NCBI GenBank assembly: GCA_038562165.1
Contig: JBCFAO010000001.1
Location: 34,527-98,526, forward strand
Direction of reading: 5' to 3'
DNA from: Clostridiales bacterium
GTDB taxonomy: Bacteria > Bacillota > Peptococcia > DRI-13 > UBA5745
Length of the DNA stretch: 64,000 nucleotides
In this document: positions 58,374 through 64,000 of the stretch, one piece after another
Layout: every line of letters begins with the position of its first letter
Numbering within the stretch: position 1 is the first letter of the stretch
Notes under the pieces: model-generated
The model's input: only the letters and a program-made list of their open reading frames with translations
Database searches by the model: none
What the model was told of the DNA's origin: nothing
Translations under genes and position numbers: made by a program

Positions 58374-61300
58374 CTACGAGGCCGGAGAATCTTTTTTGGC
58401 TTTTTCTTTTAAAACCACCTTGTCTTCACCTAAAAGTGCAATCAAATCCTGCAGCAAAAGATCGCTGCCATCAATTTTCGGCCAAAACTCAGCGGCTAAA
58501 GCCCGCTTTTGCTTGGCAAAAAACAGAAATACGGGAATGGGGCCGCAATGCCTGTACATTAAGCTGCGAAGCTGATCCATAATAACCTGATCCTGGGCTT
58601 CCTGATCCGGCAAAGCCAGCCAAAGCTGGCGGCGTTCCAAAGAAGCCTTGCCGGCTTTGATATCCAGCAGGTCCACATCTTGGGTAACCCAAGGCGGCAA
58701 ACGCTCTGCCTTATCCCCCGCAACCGAACCGCCGTTGCCGGGCGAAGTCTTTCCGGACCGACTGCTAACCGGCGGATTATCGCCGGAAAAACTGCCGGCA
58801 GTTAAGCCGCCGCCGGTCATGTCTTCTTCCATCCCCCCCAGCACTTCCAGCTTCTCCAGAAATAACTTAGGCTGCTCCTCCTGGCCCTGATAGCGGCCCT
58901 TGATTACCACCGCCAGATCATTGGCCAGGCGGGGAGCCATTTCCTCAAAAAGTTTAGGGAAAACCAAAACATCAACGCTGCCGGTCAGATCCTCCAGCCG
59001 GAAATTGGCCATCATCTGGCCTCGCTTTGTCACCGTCCGCCGGTACTCATTAATGATGCCTCCCACCACTACCGGCAGGTCCTCCTCCTCCGGCAAATCG
59101 TCGATATGATGGCTGATCTTCTTTTCCACCAGTCCCACATAAGGCCTCAGGGGATGACCGGAAAGGTAAAGGCCCATAACCTCTTTTTCTTTCGTCAATA
59201 TATTTCTTTGATCAATTTCTTCTTTTTCCGGCAGGGGAAAGCTATCCTCCCGGGGCTTGATTTCCGGCGACAAATCAAACAGGGATATTTGATTGCTGGC
59301 CCCGTCTTTTTGCCAAGCTGCCGCCGTCTCCATGACTTGAGGCAATATTTCCAGAAGCTGGGCCCGGTGGCCCGGCACGGAAGAAAAAGCCCCGGCCCAA
59401 ATCAGGTTTTCCATAACCCGGCGGTTGATCTGGGCCAGATTGACCCGGCGGCAGAAACTTTCCAGACTGGTATAAGGGCCCTCTGCCCGCTCTTCAATGA
59501 TGGCCTGGATGGCCGGCCCGCCTACCTGCTTGATGGCGGCCAGACCAAAGCGGATAGCACCGCCGTTGACGCTGAAGCCGGACTGGCTCTCATTGACGTC
59601 GGGAGCCAGAATCTCAATGCCTCTTTGCCGGCATTCGTTAATATAAAAAGGAACTTTGTTTTTTGTTTCCATGACGCTGGAGAGCAGGGCCGCCATAAAC
59701 TCTACGGGATAGTGGGCCTTGAGCCAGGCCGTCTGATAAGCGACGAGAGCGTAAGCCGCCGAGTGGCTTTTGTTGAAACCGTAGCCGGAAAAGTACTCCA
59801 TCAGCTCGAAAATCTTGCGGGCAACATCCTCGGCTACTCCTTTTTTCTTAGCTCCGTCCACGAAGGTCTGGCGGTAAGCCGCCAGCACCTCCGGCTTTTT
59901 TTTGCCCATAGCCCGCCGCAGCTGGTCGGCTTCCCCCAAGGTTAAGCCCCCCATGTCGCCGGCAATACGCATGACCTGCTCCTGGTAAAGGATGACGCCA
60001 TAGGTAGTATCCAATATGGATTCCAGCATGGGATGAAGATAGGCGTTGGGCACCTGGCCATGGCGGCGGCGGATAAAATCCTCCACCATACCGCTGCCCA
60101 AAGGCCCCGGCCGGTACAAAGCCACCAAAGCCACGATATCGTCAAAGCGCTCCGGCTTCAGCTCCCGGATAATCTGGCGCAGACCGTCGCTTTCCAACTG
60201 GAAAATACCGATGGTATCCCCATCGGACAAAAGCTTATAGGTGGCTTCATCATCAAGAGGCAAACGGTCAATATCAATATGAATACCTTTGCTTTGACGG
60301 ATTAACTCTACGGCGTCGCCGATGACCGTCAGGGTCCGGAGGCCTAAAAGATCCATTTTTAAAAGACCAATGGATTCTACCGTATCCTTCTCAAACTGGG
60401 TGCAAGGCAAGCCGTCGGAGGATCTTTGTAAAGGCAGATAAGTTTCCAGGGGCCGGCCGGAAATCACCAGGCCGGCGGCATGAACACCGCTATGCCGGGG
60501 CAGACCCTCCAGAGATTTTGCCACTTTGATCAGGCCTGCCACCTGCTCATCTTCTTCAATCAGGGTCCTCAATTCCCTGGATAACTGTAAAGCCCTGTCC
60601 AGGGTAATATTCAATTCAAAAGGCACCAGCTTGGCAGTTTTATCTACGGTAGCTAAAGGGATACCCATAGCCCGGCCGGCATCCCGGATGGCAGCCTTTG
60701 CCGCCATGGTCCCGAAGGTAATAATCTGACTGACTTTATCCCGGCCATAGCGCTCGATAACGTATTCGATGACTTCCCCCCGCCGCAGATAGCAGACGTC
60801 AATATCAATATCCGGCATGCTGATCCGCTCCGGATTGAGAAAGCGTTCAAACAGAAGGTCATAGGCCAAGGGATCGATATTGGTGATACCCAGGCTGTAG
60901 GACACAATACTGCCGGCAGCGGAGCCCCGGCCGGGTCCCACATAGATGCCCTTTTCCCGGGCAAAGCGGATAAAATCCCAAACAATCAGAAAATAGCCGG
61001 GGAATCCCATATTTTCAATAACTGAAAGCTCATAGTCCAGACGCTGCCGGGGGGAGTTCCCCTTATCCCGGGGCTTGTCCACGGTGCCGGGATACCGCTC
61101 CTCCAGTCCTTTTTCGCAAAGCTGGCGCAAATAAGAAGCCTCGTCTTTTTGACCGGCAGGCAAAGGATAGGGCGGCAGGTGATTATGGCCGAATTCCATT
61201 TCCACCTGGCAGCGGCGGGCAATTTTTACGGTATTGGCCAAAGCTTCGGGATAATCGCCAAAAAGCAGTTCCATTTCCGTAGGGCTTTTTAAATAGAACT

Positions 61301-62024
61301 CCTGAGTTTCAAACTGCATTCTGGCCGTATCCGCCAGAGTCTTGCCCGTCTGAATGCACAACAAAACATCCTGGACGTAGGCGTCTTCCCGGCTGACGTA
61401 ATGGAGGTCATTGGTGGCTACCAGCGGTATGCCTGTCTCCTCATGAATCCGGATTAACCCGCCATTGACCAGAGTTTGATTTTCTATGCCGTGATCCTGC
61501 AGTTCCAGAAAGTAATTACCCCGCCCGAATATGGCGTCGTATGCTAAAGCCGCCTCTTTGGCCTCATCAAACTTGCCTGCCATCAATAAGCCGGGTATCT
61601 GGCCGGCCAGACAGGCGGAAAGACAGATAAGACCCTGGGCATTGGCCTGCAAAAGCTCCATATCGATCCTGGGTTTATAATAAAAGCCCTCCAGCCAGCT
61701 GCGGGAAACCAGCTTAATCAGATTTTCGTAACCTGTCTGGTTTTCTGCCAGCAAAACCAAGTGGTAAGGCTTTTCGTCCAAACCGGCTACTTTATCCCAG
61801 CGGGTCCTGGGGGCTACGTAGACTTCGCAGCCGATGACCGGATGGATACCGGCTTTTTTAGCCTCTTTATAAAACTCCACTACTCCGTACATCACACCGT
61901 GGTCGGTAATAGCCAGAGAATCCATGCCCAGTTCCTTGGCCCGGGCAAGCAGTGACCGTATTTTGCACGCGCCGTCTAATAAACTGTAGCAAGTATGATT
62001 ATGTAAATGTACAAATTCTGTCAT
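58374..62024 (-). CDS. dnaE: DNA polymerase III alpha subunit
   Basis: FVHLHNHT.YSLLDG PHP domain, GRGSAAGS, PDIDID, GFNKSH; start ATG 62024 with GGAGG RBS. Confidence 0.97.
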   Translation of the reverse strand: MTEFVHLHNHTCYSLLDGACKIRSLLARAKELGMDSLAITDHGVMYGVVEFYKEAKKAGIHPVIGCEVYVAPRTRWDKVAGLDEKPYHLVLLAENQTGYENLIKLVSRSWLEGFYYKPRIDMELLQANAQGLICLSACLAGQIPGLLMAGKFDEAKEAALAYDAIFGRGNYFLELQDHGIENQTLVNGGLIRIHEETGIPLVATNDLHYVSREDAYVQDVLLCIQTGKTLADTARMQFETQEFYLKSPTEMELLFGDYPEALANTVKIARRCQVEMEFGHNHLPPYPLPAGQKDEASYLRQLCEKGLEERYPGTVDKPRDKGNSPRQRLDYELSVIENMGFPGYFLIVWDFIRFAREKGIYVGPGRGSAAGSIVSYSLGITNIDPLAYDLLFERFLNPERISMPDIDIDVCYLRRGEVIEYVIERYGRDKVSQIITFGTMAAKAAIRDAGRAMGIPLATVDKTAKLVPFELNITLDRALQLSRELRTLIEEDEQVAGLIKVAKSLEGLPRHSGVHAAGLVISGRPLETYLPLQRSSDGLPCTQFEKDTVESIGLLKMDLLGLRTLTVIGDAVELIRQSKGIHIDIDRLPLDDEATYKLLSDGDTIGIFQLESDGLRQIIRELKPERFDDIVALVALYRPGPLGSGMVEDFIRRRHGQVPNAYLHPMLESILDTTYGVILYQEQVMRIAGDMGGLTLGEADQLRRAMGKKKPEVLAAYRQTFVDGAKKKGVAEDVARKIFELMEYFSGYGFNKSHSAAYALVAYQTAWLKAHYPVEFMAALLSSVMETKNKVPFYINECRQRGIEILAPDVNESQSGFSVNGGAIRFGLAAIKQVGGPAIQAIIEERAEGPYTSLESFCRRVNLAQINRRVMENLIWAGAFSSVPGHRAQLLEILPQVMETAAAWQKDGASNQISLFDLSPEIKPREDSFPLPEKEEIDQRNILTKEKEVMGLYLSGHPLRPYVGLVEKKISHHIDDLPEEEDLPVVVGGIINEYRRTVTKRGQMMANFRLEDLTGSVDVLVFPKLFEEMAPRLANDLAVVIKGRYQGQEEQPKLFLEKLEVLGGMEEDMTGGGLTAGSFSGDNPPVSSRSGKTSPGNGGSVAGDKAERLPPWVTQDVDLLDIKAGKASLERRQLWLALPDQEAQDQVIMDQLRSLMYRHCGPIPVFLFFAKQKRALAAEFWPKIDGSDLLLQDLIALLGEDKVVLKEKAKKDSPAS

Positions 62025-62174
62025 TAGCAAATAACCTCCGGGACTTCCCAATCGGGCAAAAAGGCAGTATCATAATGCTAATCTGCAATTAAAACGTGGT
62101 ATAATAATAAAAAACGATAAACAACAGAAAAATGATCAAGAAAAATAATCAACAGAAAAAAGGAGTGTTGCAGC

Positions 62175-62633
62175 ATGCCGCTTATGGAGCAGCTTAATCA
62201 AGAAATGAAGGAGGCCATGAAGGCCAAGGAGGAAGGAAAGCTGAAGCTTTCCGTCATTCGCATGGTCAAGTCCGCCATTAAGTATCAGGAAATCGAAAAA
62301 GGCGAGAGCCTCAGCGACGAAGAAATCATCACCTTGATTTCCCGGGAACTGAAGCAGCGCCGGGAAGTAATTCCTGAGTACGAAAAAAAAGGACGCACTG
62401 ATGTAATTGACACCTTAAATCAGGAGATCGCCGTCTTGATGACCTATTTGCCCAAACAACTGGAAGAAGGGGAAATCAGGTCCCTAATCACCGCCGCCAT
62501 CACTGAAACCGGCGCCGCCGGCCCTAAAGACATGGGCAAGGTCATGGGTAAAATCAGCGCCGCCACCAAAGGCAAGGCCGATGGCCGTCAGGTCAGCAGC
62601 TTGGTCAAGGAAATGCTGGAGAAGCTGGTATAG
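62175..62633 (+). CDS. yqeY: GatB/YqeY domain protein
   Basis: MKEAMKAK, KQRRE, YLPKQL, DMGKVMG, GKADG. Confidence 0.92.
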   Translation: MPLMEQLNQEMKEAMKAKEEGKLKLSVIRMVKSAIKYQEIEKGESLSDEEIITLISRELKQRREVIPEYEKKGRTDVIDTLNQEIAVLMTYLPKQLEEGEIRSLITAAITETGAAGPKDMGKVMGKISAATKGKADGRQVSSLVKEMLEKLV

Positions 62634-62648
62634 CAGATAGAGCAGATA

Positions 62649-62906
62649 GCTCAAAAGAGCAGGTTTGTATCTGCTGTCTGGTCATTTTGAGCAATAATGC
62701 AAGTTTGTAACTTGTTCCAAAGAGTTTTGAGCAAAATTGCAAGTTTAGAAACGTATTTGGCCTGGAAATAGGGTTTTCACCCCATTTGCAGGTCAAATTT
62801 GTTTCGAAGGGGTGATTTGGTAGTAAACAAACCTGCAATTTTGAGCAGTTAGCTCAAACAAACGGTGACAAACCTGCAATTTTGGGCATTTGACCTAGCA
62901 AACGGC
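62649..62906. repeat. Dispersed repeat family, locus 5: three direct copies (40-bp period) facing two inverted copies (41-bp period)
   Basis: Forward motifs at 62649, 62689 and 62729; inverted ACAAACCTGCAATTTTG at 62827 and 62868. Confidence 0.9.
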
Positions 62907-62924
62907 CGCCATACTTAACCGTTG

Positions 62925-63485
62925 CTATTCGTCAAAAAGATCCGGCTGGCAATAAGCCGTCTGACGATGGCCCGGCACATCCTGAAACTCTTCCAACAGC
63001 TTGGAGTACTTTAAAGAAAAATTAAAGGAGATAGCAATCTCCGGCTTCTGGATATCGTAGGCCCGCAGCACTACCTTATCGGCATAAAACATGTACTGGT
63101 ATTCGTCATCCCGCCAAGTGATACAGCAATTGCCGATTTTTAAGGTTACGTGGCCCCACTCATTGATGGAAAACCCCAAATATGCACTATTGGAATAACG
63201 GCACTGGCCGAACCGGATAGCAATACTACGATCCGGCTGGTCCAGAAACGTAGAAAAATGCTCGAGAATCAGGCGGCAGGGCGGGCTGATCTCCTCCATC
63301 AACCGGCGCTCCGAAGCCACCATATCCTCAATCTGGCGAAAACGCAGCCGCTGGGAATGAAACTCCGGATCCTTGTCTTCTTCCATATACTCTTCGGTAA
63401 CCCGGCGAATCGTCTGAGTCAGCTCTTCCATGGCGGCAAGATAGCGTTCGTCCTTTTTTTCACGTTCTGCCATATCAATATCCAT
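62925..63485 (-). CDS. Hypothetical protein
   Basis: 186-aa ORF with an RBS-like AAGGGAAAGG; no family recognised. Confidence 0.65.
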   Translation of the reverse strand: MDIDMAEREKKDERYLAAMEELTQTIRRVTEEYMEEDKDPEFHSQRLRFRQIEDMVASERRLMEEISPPCRLILEHFSTFLDQPDRSIAIRFGQCRYSNSAYLGFSINEWGHVTLKIGNCCITWRDDEYQYMFYADKVVLRAYDIQKPEIAISFNFSLKYSKLLEEFQDVPGHRQTAYCQPDLFDE

Positions 63486-63611
63486 TCCTTTCCCTTACAG
63501 GCTCTGGCAATGCTCTCACTGGCTCTGCCGGCGCTTCTGCAGCCTGGCGGCGCCTTTGCCGGCCGGCCTTAAAAGCCCTTGCCGATCCCAAGCGGACATA
63601 AAAAATATTCA

Positions 63612-63640
63612 TTGACTATTATGTCTTTCGTGGCTATAAT
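63612..63640 (+). promoter_or_regulatory. Sigma-A promoter of tRNA-Pro
   Basis: TTGACT-17-TATAAT with an AT-rich upstream element. Confidence 0.75.
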
Positions 63641-63671
63641 TATTTAGTGACTCCAAGGAGTCAGTCAATCA

Positions 63672-63745
63672 CGGGATGTAGCGCAGTTTGGTAGCGCGCC
63701 TCGTTCGGGACGAGGAGGCCGCAGGTTCGAATCCTGTCATCCCGA
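63672..63745 (+). tRNA. tRNA-Pro(CGG), CCA not encoded
   Basis: CGGGATGTAGCGCAGTTTGGTAGCGCGCCTCGTTCGGGACGAGGAGGCCGCAGGTTCGAATCCTGTCATCCCGA. Confidence 0.97.
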
Positions 63746-63917
63746 CTACCGTTTAAAATGTCGCCATATGGCGGCATTTTTCTTTTTTTCTCACATCTAT
63801 TCTACACTTAGACAAAGGAGATAGCAAGAAAATAATCCACCTTGCCAGCGATTGGCGGAGATGGATTATTATGAAGCCTTGCTATCGATGATGACTCCGC
63901 CTTTTCCGGAACGCTCT

Positions 63918-64000
63918 TCAGACGCTGCCCAAGGCGGCCCAATCCTCTTCAAAGCGTTTGATACCTGCTTCAGTCAAAGGATCGAGAAGCATGTTCAGCA
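63918..64000 (-). CDS. 3' end of a transaldolase/fructose-6-phosphate aldolase family gene (partial)
   Basis: Minus frame ...LNMLLDPLTEAGIKRFEEDWAALGSV* resembles the TalC C-terminal PLT..GI..F..DW. Confidence 0.7.
   Translation of the reverse strand, partial: LNMLLDPLTEAGIKRFEEDWAALGSV

Noticed and set aside
62649-62887. CRISPR array interpretation of the repeat-spacer pattern
   Set aside because: Repeats are ~20 bp and degenerate, spacers are ~19 bp and homologous between loci, the orientation flips mid-locus, and there are no cas genes.

Overview
Chromosomal window of an anaerobic Firmicute (Clostridia/Peptococcaceae-like, about 50% GC, sigma-A promoters, T-box regulation). The left part (1-19.5 kb) holds a corrinoid-dependent methyltransferase operon with its own ABC importer and RamA-like activator, an MCP, a PAS/GGDEF/EAL protein and a FecCD-ABC/methyltransferase/MoeA operon. 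Next come a T-box-controlled trpEGDCF operon without trpBA and an accessory patch around tRNA-Ala (AT-rich putative nuclease, MazG-like protein, two AAA_14/DUF4143 ATPase paralogues of which one is decayed, a 96-bp MITE, large-subunit catalase). The right part is core: rsfS-yqeK-nadD-proA-proB, trkAH, ligA-pcrA, a yybP-ykoY riboswitch-controlled P-type ATPase, coaD, dnaE, yqeY and tRNA-Pro. The strongest unexplained signal is a dispersed intergenic repeat family: a ~20-bp motif (GNNCAAAATTGCARGTTTGT) in at least 13 copies at 5 loci. The copies form 40-41-bp-period direct arrays that face each other as inverted arms around a variable 77-150-bp core. No cognate transposase or binding protein is recognisable in the window. 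All protein family calls come from motif recognition, not database searches.
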